This document shows positions 41,412-51,175 of a DNA stretch of 64,000 nt, piece by piece. Numbering within the stretch: the first letter of the stretch is position 1; every line of letters begins with the position of its first letter. Under the pieces are notes generated by a model. It was not told the DNA's origin, ran no database searches, and saw nothing but the letters and a program-made list of their open reading frames with translations. The stretch covers positions 160,001-224,000 of the forward strand of contig JAVRCJ020000003.1 in assembly GCA_034530875.2 (NCBI GenBank), read 5' to 3'. The translations under genes and the position numbers were made by a program. This stretch comes from Nostoc sp. DedSLP01. GTDB lineage: Bacteria > Cyanobacteriota > Cyanobacteriia > Cyanobacteriales > Nostocaceae.

Positions 41412-42239
41412 ATGTTAGAAAGCCACCAGCCTAGACAACCTCATCGAGTAGCCTTGGTAATCCAATACCTGGGCACTCATTTTCATGGCTGGCAACGGCA
41501 AAAGAACCAGCGTACAGTCCAAGAAGAGATCGAAAAAGCGATCGCTACTATTCTTGGATATCACGTGACATTACACGGCGCAGGACGAACCGATGCCGGA
41601 GTTCACGCTGCTGCTCAAGTCGCCCATTTTGAAGCAACAGGTTTTATTCCACCTCACAAATGGGCAACAATCCTCAACAGCTATTTGCCATCAGATATAT
41701 TAATCAGGGCTTCAGCTGGTGTAGACTCCCGTTGGCACGCTCGTTTTAGCGCAGCCTATCGGCGATACCGCTACACAATATACACTGAAGATCGGCTTAA
41801 CTTGTTCGTGAAACCCTTCAGTTGGCATTATTATTATGCACCCCTGGATGAATCATTAATCCAAGCTGCTCTCAAACCTCTCTTGGGAAAGCATCACTTA
41901 GCTGCTTTTCACCGTGCAGGTTCAAAGCGATCGCATTCCTGGGTAGAGGTACAAGCAGCAGAGTGTCGTCGCAGTGGGTCATTTATCCATATTGAAATAC
42001 AGGCAGATGGATTTTTGTATGGCATGGTACGGCTGTTGGTAGGAATGTTGGTACAAGTAGGTTCGGGAGAACGGACACTTGCCAACTTCACCGAACTCTG
42101 GAAAGAGGAACGTCGGCAAGAGGTTAAACACGCCGCACCAGCTCAAGGTTTGTGCTTGTTGCGAGTCGGTTATCCAGATTTTCCCTTTCCCAAAGAGATT
42201 TGGTACGATACCCTGCCAAAGTTGGTCATTGGTCAGTAG
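41412..42239 (+). CDS. truA: tRNA pseudouridine(38-40) synthase
   Basis: GAGRTDAGVHA; FLYGMVR; start at 41412 (upstream ATG lies in STRR). Confidence 0.97.
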   Translation: MLESHQPRQPHRVALVIQYLGTHFHGWQRQKNQRTVQEEIEKAIATILGYHVTLHGAGRTDAGVHAAAQVAHFEATGFIPPHKWATILNSYLPSDILIRASAGVDSRWHARFSAAYRRYRYTIYTEDRLNLFVKPFSWHYYYAPLDESLIQAALKPLLGKHHLAAFHRAGSKRSHSWVEVQAAECRRSGSFIHIEIQADGFLYGMVRLLVGMLVQVGSGERTLANFTELWKEERRQEVKHAAPAQGLCLLRVGYPDFPFPKEIWYDTLPKLVIGQ

Positions 42240-42297
42240 TAGAGACGCGATTATACTCTGACGAGAAGCCGCTCTTCGAGCGTCTACGCGTCTGTAC
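42239..42297. mobile_element. REP-like palindrome interrupted by a 32-bp SDR-like insertion
   Basis: GTAGAGACGCGATTAT-[32 bp]-CGCGTCTGTAC versus the intact copy GTAGAGACGCGATTCATCGCGTCTGTA at 60225. Confidence 0.75.
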
Positions 42298-42360
42298 AAT
42301 AGTCATTGGTCATTAGTGAATAACAAATGACAAGGTACACAGGACAAGGACAAATAACAA

Positions 42361-42822
42361 ATGACAATAGTTAAAACCTACCTTCCTCCTCAAGAATCCC
42401 TTGAGCGTGAGTGGTACGTAGTAGATGCCACCGATAAACGCCTTGGACGCCTAGCCAGTGAAATCGCTCAAGTTCTCAGAGGCAAAAACAAACCCGAATT
42501 TACACCCCACCTAGATACAGGTGACTTCGTGATCGTTGTTAATGCCGAGAAAGTAGCAGTCACAGGCAAAAAGCGCACTCAAAAAGTGTACCGACGCCAT
42601 TCTGGGCGTCCCGGCGGGATGAAAACGGAAAGCTTTGCTAAGCTGCAACAGCGCTTACCAGAGCGAATTATAGAACACGCTGTCAAAGGTATGCTACCCA
42701 AAAATAGCCTGGGTAAGCAGTTATTCACCAAGCTGAAAGTTTACGCCGGCCCTACGCATCCTCACGACGCTCAAAAGCCCAAAGAACTAAAAATTAATAC
42801 AATTCCTGGAGCAGAAGATTAA
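42361..42822 (+). CDS. rplM: 50S ribosomal protein L13
   Basis: [27 protein letters not shown]. Confidence 0.99.
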   Translation: MTIVKTYLPPQESLEREWYVVDATDKRLGRLASEIAQVLRGKNKPEFTPHLDTGDFVIVVNAEKVAVTGKKRTQKVYRRHSGRPGGMKTESFAKLQQRLPERIIEHAVKGMLPKNSLGKQLFTKLKVYAGPTHPHDAQKPKELKINTIPGAED

Positions 42823-43238
42823 TGGTAGCAGTAGACACCAATAGCGGTCGCGCCATGTACTGGGGTACTGGTCGTCGGAAATCCGCAGTAGCAAGAGTAC
42901 GCTTGGTTCCGGGTACTGGTAAACTGACTGTAAATGGTAAAGATGGAGATTTGTATTTCCAATTCAATGCCAATTACCTGGGAGTCATAAAAGCACCCTT
43001 GGAAACTTTGGGACTAGAAAACGAATACGACATTTTGGTAAAAGCAGAAGGCGGCGGCTTGACCGGACAGGCTGATTCTGTTCGCTTGGGAGTTGCTCGG
43101 GCTTTGTGTCAACTAGACCCAGACAACCGCCCACCTTTGAAAACCGAAGGTTATCTCACTCGCGATCCTCGGGCAAAGGAACGGAAAAAATATGGTTTAC
43201 ACAAAGCCCGGAAAGCGCCTCAGTACTCTAAGCGTTAG
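42822..43238 (+). CDS. rpsI: 30S ribosomal protein S9
   Basis: [31 protein letters not shown]. Confidence 0.99.
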   Translation: MVAVDTNSGRAMYWGTGRRKSAVARVRLVPGTGKLTVNGKDGDLYFQFNANYLGVIKAPLETLGLENEYDILVKAEGGGLTGQADSVRLGVARALCQLDPDNRPPLKTEGYLTRDPRAKERKKYGLHKARKAPQYSKR

Positions 43239-43349
43239 GGCATTGGGCATTGGGCATTGGGTTAGGAAAACTCTTTCCCAGTCCCTAGTCCCTAGTCCTA
43301 ATTTCAATCAAAAAGTTATAATTTTTATAGATTCACCACAGAAGGAACA

Positions 43350-43589
43350 ATGGCTAAATCTGATATTCACCCCAAGTGGTATCCAGATGCTAAAGTCTAC
43401 TGTAACGGTCAAGTTGTAATGACTGTTGGCTCTACTAAGCCAGAATTACACGTAGATGTTTGGTCTGGAAATCACCCATTTTACACTGGTACTCAGAAGA
43501 TTATCGACACCGAAGGTCGAGTTGAACGTTTCCTCCGCAAATACGGGATGTCCAGCGAACAAAGCTCCGGCACCAAAAAGAAAAAGTAG
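43350..43589 (+). CDS. rpmE: 50S ribosomal protein L31
   Basis: IHPKWY; HPFYTG; GRVERF. Confidence 0.98.
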   Translation: MAKSDIHPKWYPDAKVYCNGQVVMTVGSTKPELHVDVWSGNHPFYTGTQKIIDTEGRVERFLRKYGMSSEQSSGTKKKK

Positions 43590-43694
43590 CGGCTTGGCTC
43601 TGCTGTTAACGACGACCCTGCATTTTTCGGGGTCGATTGTCATTTATATGCTCGAGCCAATTTGTTATTTTTTTAAGGAGCGATCGCACTCGTC

Positions 43695-44792
43695 ATGGCT
43701 GAATCATACTTACTGGACAAACTAAAATCCGTTGAACAAACCTTTAATGAATTAACCCGTCGTCTTGGCGACCCCGATACCGCTAGCAACCCTGATGAAT
43801 ATCAACAAATTGCTAAGTCTCGTTCTTCTTTGGAAGAGGTAGTTAATACCTATGAAATTTGGAAAACAGCCCAACAAGACTTGATCGGAGCGCGTCAGGT
43901 ACTTAAAGAATCTGCAAGTGACCCAGAACTGCAAGAAATGGCAGCACTGGAAGTAGATGAACTTGAGGAAAAAATAGAATATTTAGAGACTCGTTTGAAA
44001 GTTTTATTGCTGCCTCGCGACCCCAATGATGAAAAGAATATCATGTTGGAAATTCGCGCTGGTACGGGTGGCGATGAGGCCAGTATTTGGGCTGGCGATT
44101 TGATGCGGATGTATACTCGCTACGCCCAAACTCAAGGTTGGAAAGTTTCCCTAGTGAGTGAATCTCTGGGAGAAATGGGCGGCTGGAAAGAAGTAATTCT
44201 AGAAATTAAAGGTGACGACGTTTACAGTCAGCTAAAGTTTGAAGCTGGAGTGCATCGCGTACAGCGGGTGCCGCTTACAGAAGCAGGCGGACGCGTTCAC
44301 ACTTCCACTGCTACGGTGGCAATTATGCCAGAGGTGGATGATGTAGAAATCCACATTGACCCGAAGGATATTGAAATGACCACGGCTCGTTCCGGTGGTG
44401 CTGGCGGACAAAACGTCAACAAGGTGGAAACAGCCGTTGACTTGATGCACAAACCAACGGGAATTCGTATTTTCTGTACCGAAGAACGCAGCCAGTTGCA
44501 AAACAAAGAACGGGCGATGCAAATTTTGCGGGCGAAGTTGTATGAAATGAAGTTACGCGAGCAACAAGAAGCTGTAACTTCCATGCGGCGATCGCAAGTT
44601 GGTACGGGATCGCGATCGGAAAAGATTCGCACCTACAATTATAAAGATAATCGCGTTACCGACCATCGTTTAGGTCAAAACTTTTCTCTTAACCCTGTCT
44701 TGGAAGGCGATTTAGAAACTATTATCCAATCTTGCATCTCCCAAGACCAACAGGAACGTCTAGCTGAATTGGCGACTGCTAGCGCCAATTAA
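43695..44792 (+). CDS. prfA: Peptide chain release factor 1
   Basis: GAGGQNVNK; PxT specificity motif (VPLTE). Confidence 0.98.
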   Translation: MAESYLLDKLKSVEQTFNELTRRLGDPDTASNPDEYQQIAKSRSSLEEVVNTYEIWKTAQQDLIGARQVLKESASDPELQEMAALEVDELEEKIEYLETRLKVLLLPRDPNDEKNIMLEIRAGTGGDEASIWAGDLMRMYTRYAQTQGWKVSLVSESLGEMGGWKEVILEIKGDDVYSQLKFEAGVHRVQRVPLTEAGGRVHTSTATVAIMPEVDDVEIHIDPKDIEMTTARSGGAGGQNVNKVETAVDLMHKPTGIRIFCTEERSQLQNKERAMQILRAKLYEMKLREQQEAVTSMRRSQVGTGSRSEKIRTYNYKDNRVTDHRLGQNFSLNPVLEGDLETIIQSCISQDQQERLAELATASAN

Positions 44793-44798
44793 TTTTTA

Positions 44799-45248
44799 CT
44801 AGTAAAATTTCTGAAAAACCGCTTGTTGTGTTGTTATTTTTAGCACAATCAGGTGGTTTTTTAATGCAGCTTGGAGTGCATCTTCCATTTTGCTGGGATA
44901 GTTATAATAAGCAAATTCGTACTTCATAACGTAATTTATCCTTGCCCATTCCTTCAAACTCTGGCAAGTATAAATTAATTTTTCTGCTTCTTGTTGCCAA
45001 CGCCGAAAAATCCGATAGCTGAAAAAGCTACTACACACGTTACCTGCTGTATCCAAGTAAGAAATACACACCTGATGCTTCAGACAGTGGATTTTCTTGA
45101 TTTGCTTAATTTCATAGCCTTTGGTTTGGAGAGCTTCTTTTACCTCACGGTTTGAAATTTGCCACTGTCCTGGTTTGAGCTTATTAGCGGCTATGAGATT
45201 TCGTCCTTTGCGACGATATTTTTTTATTTGGCGTGGCTTGCAAAACAT
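44799..45248 (-). CDS. Hypothetical basic protein
   Basis: 149-aa ORF with RBS-like AAGGTG, divergent from the XRE gene; no family recognised. Confidence 0.65.
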   Translation of the reverse strand: MFCKPRQIKKYRRKGRNLIAANKLKPGQWQISNREVKEALQTKGYEIKQIKKIHCLKHQVCISYLDTAGNVCSSFFSYRIFRRWQQEAEKLIYTCQSLKEWARINYVMKYEFAYYNYPSKMEDALQAALKNHLIVLKITTQQAVFQKFY

Positions 45249-45266
45249 GATGCACCTTTTGTATCA

Positions 45267-45350
45267 TTGGCACTAGTGCCAAATAACCTAGCAACGTCCA
45301 TAATCCATAATTAAAATGAATGTTGCTTGTTTAAAAGCAAGATTTTAATT
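45267..45350. promoter_or_regulatory. Operator-like palindromes between divergent genes
   Basis: Perfect 16-bp palindrome TTGGCACTAGTGCCAA (45267-45282); TTGCTT-N6-AAGCAA (45323-45340) flanked by AATTAAAAT/ATTTTAATT. Confidence 0.5.
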
Positions 45351-45440
45351 TACCATTAACAACAAAACTTGTAAATATAAAATTAAAATTTTAAGCTTTC
45401 TCACTAAACTAATAAATGCAGTTGACTAGCTACACAAGCA

Positions 45441-45803
45441 GTGAACATCGAAAGCAGAGAAAAACTGATTGAAATCATCAAACTAGCTCGTGGTTCCATG
45501 AGCCAGCGAGCTTTTGGCAAGCTTTTGGGAGTTTCTGCTACTGCTGTCCAGTTGTGGGAAAAGGGTGTGAATGTGCCAGACACCGAATATCTGGCAAAAA
45601 TCGCAGCGAGGGCGGGTTACACACTCCAAGAGTTACTTAGTTGCTTGGATGGCAAGCCAATACAAGAAACCTCAGATTTGAGTTTGATTCTCAGACAAAT
45701 ACAGCACATGCCTCTTAGTCAAGTGGCTCAAATTGTGCAAGCTGCGGCGGATAGGTTCGCTGCTGTGGCTGAAGCATCAGGCGATGAAGCAAAGGCCAGT
45801 TGA
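45441..45803 (+). CDS. XRE/Cro-like HTH transcriptional regulator
   Basis: MSQRAFGKLLGVSATAVQLWEKGVNVP. Confidence 0.9.
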   Translation: MNIESREKLIEIIKLARGSMSQRAFGKLLGVSATAVQLWEKGVNVPDTEYLAKIAARAGYTLQELLSCLDGKPIQETSDLSLILRQIQHMPLSQVAQIVQAAADRFAAVAEASGDEAKAS

Positions 45804-45878
45804 ATATTTGTTCAAAATTGAATTTAAATACTTAAATAAGCTCGTGGTTTGTTGGTGTCAAAATTCTTTTATATAGAT

Positions 45879-46337
45879 ATGGACAAACCTTGTTTGTATA
45901 ACGAAGACTTTTATGGCTGGACGCAGCAGCAGGCGAAAGCCTTAGAGCAGAGGCTAGTTACAGAACTCGACTGGCAACACCTGCAAGAGGAAATTCAAGC
46001 TTTGGGCAGACAGGAATATCGGGAACTTGTGAGCCGTTTGAGTGTATTACTCGGCCATCTCTTAAAGTGGGAATATCAACCCGAACAACGCTCCCGCAGT
46101 TGGTTTTTAACAATTCGAGAACAGCGTCGTGCCATCCACAGGCATTTGCGACAGAACCCTAGCTTAAAGTCTCGAATAGAAGAAGCTTTGTTAGATGGCT
46201 TTGAAGCAGGAGTAGATTTAGCGTTACGAGAAACGAACTTACCATTACGAACTTTTCCAGAGTCTTGCCCATATTTATTTGATGATGCGATCGCAGACAA
46301 TTTTCTGTGCGATACTCATCAAGACTGGGAAGGATAA
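45879..46337 (+). CDS. DUF29 family protein
   Basis: LYNEDFYGWTQQQA, LDWQHLQEEI, HLLKWEYQP, SW..TI.EQR, NPSLK and FPESCPY. Confidence 0.92.
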   Translation: MDKPCLYNEDFYGWTQQQAKALEQRLVTELDWQHLQEEIQALGRQEYRELVSRLSVLLGHLLKWEYQPEQRSRSWFLTIREQRRAIHRHLRQNPSLKSRIEEALLDGFEAGVDLALRETNLPLRTFPESCPYLFDDAIADNFLCDTHQDWEG

Positions 46338-46389
46338 TTCCTGCAATTTTTCTTACGATCGTTTGTTATTTGGAGACACGTTATATTTG

Positions 46390-47127
46390 TCAATAAGTAA
46401 TAGAAATTAACCTGTCAAAATCTTGGTAATTAAAGCTTTGCTGCTTTTTAGCATATTTACCATATACGTCATAATACACATTGTTATCTTGAAATTTGAA
46501 GAAACACCCTGCTATAGGAAATTGCTCACCCTTAAGTCTAAAAATTATTATATTTAAAGCATATTTTCCATACTTTTTAGCAAGGTAATGAAAGTTATCA
46601 AAACTTCCATTTACAGCTTTTTCAAATTCTAGTAAATCGTTCTCTGTGCTATTAGCATTTTGTAAGATTAAAGGTGGTATATCTCCAAGGCTATTGAGAT
46701 ATTTACTAGTAAATACTACATCTTTTTTTATATACGTAATTATCTGATGATAATTATATAAAATACCAATTTCTGAGCAAGATTTTATTAAGTATCTTTC
46801 AATCTGCTTCTCGTGATTATGTAAGTTTTCTTCTTCTCGCTTTACTTCCACAATCATCAGGGGAGGGTAATATGGTTTAAAATCCTTATTTTTGATAGTT
46901 TTATATAATTCTATATCATGATTATTAGACTCAACTTTGATATCAATTACATTTGGAAATAAACCACTTTGATTTATCAAAAAGTAGAGAAATAATTGTC
47001 TAACTTTTTCTTCTGGTCTTCCATCAAGAATAATTTCTTTGCGCCTAAGTAAACATTTTGTATATTTTGTATAATTCCTTTTGTAGATATTTAGTTTTTT
47101 GGATATTTCTTCACTTAGGCTAGTCAT
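46390..47127 (-). CDS. Type I restriction HsdR N-terminal-like PD-(D/E)xK nuclease
   Basis: PEEKVRQ, HDI, IVEVKR and QIERY (QxxxY) motifs; no helicase domain. Confidence 0.8.
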   Translation of the reverse strand: MTSLSEEISKKLNIYKRNYTKYTKCLLRRKEIILDGRPEEKVRQLFLYFLINQSGLFPNVIDIKVESNNHDIELYKTIKNKDFKPYYPPLMIVEVKREEENLHNHEKQIERYLIKSCSEIGILYNYHQIITYIKKDVVFTSKYLNSLGDIPPLILQNANSTENDLLEFEKAVNGSFDNFHYLAKKYGKYALNIIIFRLKGEQFPIAGCFFKFQDNNVYYDVYGKYAKKQQSFNYQDFDRLISITY

Positions 47128-47225
47128 ATATCATAATATTTATTTAGTGGAAATATAATATTAGGGACACAATAAGATAGCATCCCTTTATAGTTACGAT
47201 GCAATTTAAAATCGCTAGATGTCTA

Positions 47226-49235
47226 TTATTGTCCAAAAAACTTTAGTATTTTAGTAACTAATTCTGCCCAATACTGTCCTGCTTTAATCTCTAAAAATGT
47301 ATTTAAGCTAGGCTCAGTTTCTAGTTCACGCTTCCAAGTCTGACATACGTTATCTCCATATTTTTCGCCTTTACGCTTTTCTCTACCCTTTTCATTAATT
47401 AGAGCCGTCCAGAATTCAGAATCTTTGCTTTGAGGTGATAGTTTTCTTCTAGCTTCGTGTTCGATTTCTACCCCTACTTCAGTGATAAAATCGTCATACA
47501 ATGAGTTAAATTTTATGACTAATTCAGGGATAAATGTCTTTAAAGATTCATTTGCAGATGTAAGCTCAGTGAGAATATTTTCTAATTCATTTTTTGCTTG
47601 TTTTGTAAATTTTTTCAACATTTCATCTTCATCTGTTCCTTCGGCAACAACCCTCATATCGTAATATACGTCTATATTCCTTGGCTCATAGTATCCGAAG
47701 TTTCTATGGATAGCGTGTTTAGTGTTCCATGCTCGATAAACGATACGATAGTATTCAACATATTTATCAATGAATTCTTGATAAACAAAACTAGGTACTC
47801 TTTTATTTAAATAGCGTAAATCCTTAATCTTATGAATGGCATTTTCAATTGCTTTAATTTCTGATGCTGTCAAAGCATCACCATTTTTTATCCTTGTAAA
47901 GCTTTCTTGGATATTCTTTATTTCGTCCAATAAAAGATTTCGTCTACGTTCTATTACACCCGCTATGGCTTTGATAAATTCATTTTTATCTGCTTGTACA
48001 TCTTCTTGACTGTAAATATCAGTATTGAGCTTGACTATATCATCACGGTAGTATCTCAAAGCATCATAGAACAAAATATTTTCTAGAAAAAATTCTAACT
48101 TTAAATTCCTGAATGTAGCTTGAATTTCTTTTTTTCTGATTTGAATTCCTGTATCATAATCTCCGTCACATTCATTCACTTTTTCAGGTTCATTTTTTTT
48201 AGGTAATACTAAAGTTACAAATCTGTGGTGAAAATCTTTGGATTTAGATGCAAGATGATAAACTATTAATTTACTAATATTAGCTTCAGGAGCAGCATTA
48301 AAGGGAGTTACAAAGAGACAGATAGTATCCTGATTCTCAATATATTTCTGTAAGTCTTTACGAATTGGATTTTCATCAAGTCCTTTAGTATCCACAACAG
48401 AATCGAACTGAGACAAGTTTGAGCCAGATAAAACATCATAGCTCACATAAAGATATATTTTTCTGGGGATAGCGAACTCTTGAAACTCAACATTATTAAC
48501 AGCGGCAAAAGTATTTTTTATCCATTCTTGTTCATTTCTTTTATTGTCAAATTCAATCTTATTCGTAGTTCTAGATTCTAGCCTTGCATTATTTAAAGCA
48601 AGCTTTTTAAATTCATCTAATCCTAATTTCTCAAATTCTTCCTGAGCTACATCTATTTCAGTTTTCTTTTTGTCACCCTCAGAAATTGTTTGATACCGTG
48701 ATTTCATCTCTATAATATTTCTAATCGCTCTTTCAACTTCTTTAGAAATAATTATCTTCTGATCTGGGTTAGGATTATCCTTATTGGCAATAGATTCGCA
48801 AAAATCAAAAATAAGATTTTCCATCTCATCTACTGCATAAGGCTCTATCTCTATATAAGTTTTTTCTGCGGCTTTGATAATTACTTCACATATAGTAGTT
48901 TTGCCTCCTCCAGTTGATAGCAACTCTTTGGTTTCGATTACATTTCGAGACTTATTAGCAATAGTTTTAGAAACATTGAAATCGCTTATCAAGTTAAAAA
49001 GATGGCAAATAGCTGTCGTCTTTCCTTGACCAATAGTACCTATAAAAGCAATTTTATATTTTTCTATACTAAGAATTTTTTCTATTTCATCTAATCTCTC
49101 TAACTTTGATTTCAGGTTATTTATACAAATATGATTAGGTATATTAATATCAGAACTACGTGAAATTTTATTTATTTGATTCTTCAAATCTTGTTTCAAG
49201 GATGCAATTTCTTCTTGCCAAGTTATGGTTAACAT
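47226..49235 (-). CDS. Dynamin-like GTPase
   Basis: N-terminal helix, G1 GTIGQGKT, LLSTGGGKTT.C, G3 VDTKG, long helical C-terminal region. Confidence 0.75.
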   Translation of the reverse strand: MLTITWQEEIASLKQDLKNQINKISRSSDINIPNHICINNLKSKLERLDEIEKILSIEKYKIAFIGTIGQGKTTAICHLFNLISDFNVSKTIANKSRNVIETKELLSTGGGKTTICEVIIKAAEKTYIEIEPYAVDEMENLIFDFCESIANKDNPNPDQKIIISKEVERAIRNIIEMKSRYQTISEGDKKKTEIDVAQEEFEKLGLDEFKKLALNNARLESRTTNKIEFDNKRNEQEWIKNTFAAVNNVEFQEFAIPRKIYLYVSYDVLSGSNLSQFDSVVDTKGLDENPIRKDLQKYIENQDTICLFVTPFNAAPEANISKLIVYHLASKSKDFHHRFVTLVLPKKNEPEKVNECDGDYDTGIQIRKKEIQATFRNLKLEFFLENILFYDALRYYRDDIVKLNTDIYSQEDVQADKNEFIKAIAGVIERRRNLLLDEIKNIQESFTRIKNGDALTASEIKAIENAIHKIKDLRYLNKRVPSFVYQEFIDKYVEYYRIVYRAWNTKHAIHRNFGYYEPRNIDVYYDMRVVAEGTDEDEMLKKFTKQAKNELENILTELTSANESLKTFIPELVIKFNSLYDDFITEVGVEIEHEARRKLSPQSKDSEFWTALINEKGREKRKGEKYGDNVCQTWKRELETEPSLNTFLEIKAGQYWAELVTKILKFFGQ

Positions 49236-49704
49236 ACTGTCTACTCCTTTTTGATGCTACTCACTTGATATTTAGAGTATGCCCAGTATAGTTAAATATC
49301 TAACGTAAGCTTAACAACACTACGTAATATAAATACATGATTACAGGTATTTAGGGATTAACAAGGCGATCGCTAATTTTGCTTGAATTATGTTTATTAG
49401 TATAAATACTTAAAAAATCTCAAGTGCAACTACATAAACCTAGCGCCATTTAACCCGGACTTACTTAGATATAGCTCCTGTGGATAAAGCTTTGCTCATC
49501 AGTTAGTGAGTTCGAGTTTTTGGCGCATATAGTACCAGCGATTAGCAAAAGTGAGATGCTTTCAAATAATCTCTACTGATGATGGGAAATTACACTTACT
49601 TTAACAATTGATGTTTTTAAATATATGACAAAAATCTAAGCACTGGCAGGTAATAAAAAATGGTTTTAAAATGGTGAAATCTTAAATAATTTAAAGGGGT
49701 ATCT

Positions 49705-50190
49705 ATGTCGCTACGTAATGAGCCTTTAGATTGGCAATTTGAAGTCAACAATGCTTATATACCAATATACCATCAAGGCAATTTAGTTGGATTTTTTAAA
49801 CAAGAGTATGCAAGTGAAATAATTACTTTTTTGAATGATGAAGAAGTTTTTAGAAAAGCACTTAAACTAGCTTGTACTGATTTAATAAAAAAAATGGGTG
49901 GTGACACGAATCAAGTAAATCATTTAATTCACAAATATGTAAAAAGTAGCGAACGTCCGAAATATGGAACTAGAGCGATCGCTCTTTTGCTGCGCGATCG
50001 GCAAAAGGAACTCGACCTGAGTAACCAAGAGTTTGCTAAATTCTGCGATACTTTTAAATTATCTCCCAGTGAACTGAATAATATTTATGCTGGTGAAGTA
50101 TTTGATGATAGTTTATTAGCACCACTTTCAAGGATATTAGGAATAGCAAAAGAACGCTTACTACAAGTGCGAGATGGTTCAGAAAAATAA
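49705..50190 (+). CDS. Hypothetical protein with probable C-terminal XRE-like HTH
   Basis: LLRDRQKELDLSNQEFAK...LSPSELNNIYAG...LSRILG. Confidence 0.7.
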   Translation: MSLRNEPLDWQFEVNNAYIPIYHQGNLVGFFKQEYASEIITFLNDEEVFRKALKLACTDLIKKMGGDTNQVNHLIHKYVKSSERPKYGTRAIALLLRDRQKELDLSNQEFAKFCDTFKLSPSELNNIYAGEVFDDSLLAPLSRILGIAKERLLQVRDGSEK

Positions 50191-50237
50191 AGTAACGTAT
50201 GAGTAGTAAACCCTAAGTTGATGAATGGTAAAAAATT

Positions 50238-51020
50238 ATGAAGACAGACAGTATTTTTTACCGTCTCTTTCAAGAATTTCCTAGTATCTTTTTTGAACTG
50301 ATTGGCAATCTGCCTGAAAAAGCTAGCCTTTATCAATTTTCATCAATTGAAATCAAACAAACGGCTTTCAAAATCGATGGTGTATTTTTTTCCACACAAG
50401 GGAATGAAAACCAGATTTATTTTGTTGAAGTAGAGTTTCAGCCTGATGCATAAATTTATTCACGGCTATTTGCGGAAATCTGTTTATACCTGCGTCAAAA
50501 CTAACCTCAAAATAACTGGAGTGCTGTGATTTTACACCCCAATAGAAGTGTAGATATAGGAAATATTAAGCATTATCGTGAATTCTTTGACAGTCAGCGA
50601 GTTAGACGAATTTATTTAGATGAATTAGGTGAAACTGCATCGCTTCCTATTGGCATTGCAACTGTTAAATTAGTAGTTGTAGCGGAAGATATAGCAATCC
50701 GAGAAGCAAGGGAATTGATAGACAGAACCAAGTCCGAAATCAACTCGCCACTGAAACAGCAGCAATTATTACAATTTATAGAAACTATTGTGGCTTACAA
50801 GTTTCCAACAATGAGTAGGGAGGATATGGAAAAAATCTTTGGTTTAAGCGAGTTAAAACAAACCAAATTTTATCAGGAAGCCTTTCAAGAAGGTATTCAA
50901 CAAGGTAAACTGCAAGCAGTACGACCCATGTTGGCAGCAGGTCTGACTGTAGAGTACATAGGACAAGCGTTAGATTTAAGTGTAGAAGAAGTTAGACAAG
51001 TAACACAAAGTCAGTCTTAA
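50238..51020 (+). pseudogene. Rpn family (DUF2887) nuclease/putative transposase pseudogene
   Basis: MKTDSIFYRLFQEFP, EIKQTAFKIDG and FVEVEFQ; in-frame TAA at 50451 and 50502; same frame continues to 51020. Confidence 0.88.
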
Positions 51021-51175
51021 CAAGGATCCGGCAATTTTAATACCTCACTCCAGCCAAATTTGATTTCGAGTTGGAGAACTTTCTAGCGACAAATTTATAG
51101 TTAATTTTTGTTAATATTGGAAGCGGTGTTATTACTTCGTCTTCAATCACCCACTCCCTACCTGAGAGAAACTTA

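Noticed and set aside
26449..44792. Absence of rpsJ, rpsN, rpmD, map and rpsD from the cluster
   Set aside because: Normal cyanobacterial organisation, not a novelty.
49576..49595. Hammerhead ribozyme (CTGATGA...GAAA)
   Set aside because: No stem II or supporting stems I and III.
44799..51020. Prophage or integrative element
   Set aside because: No integrase, structural genes or att-like direct repeats were seen.
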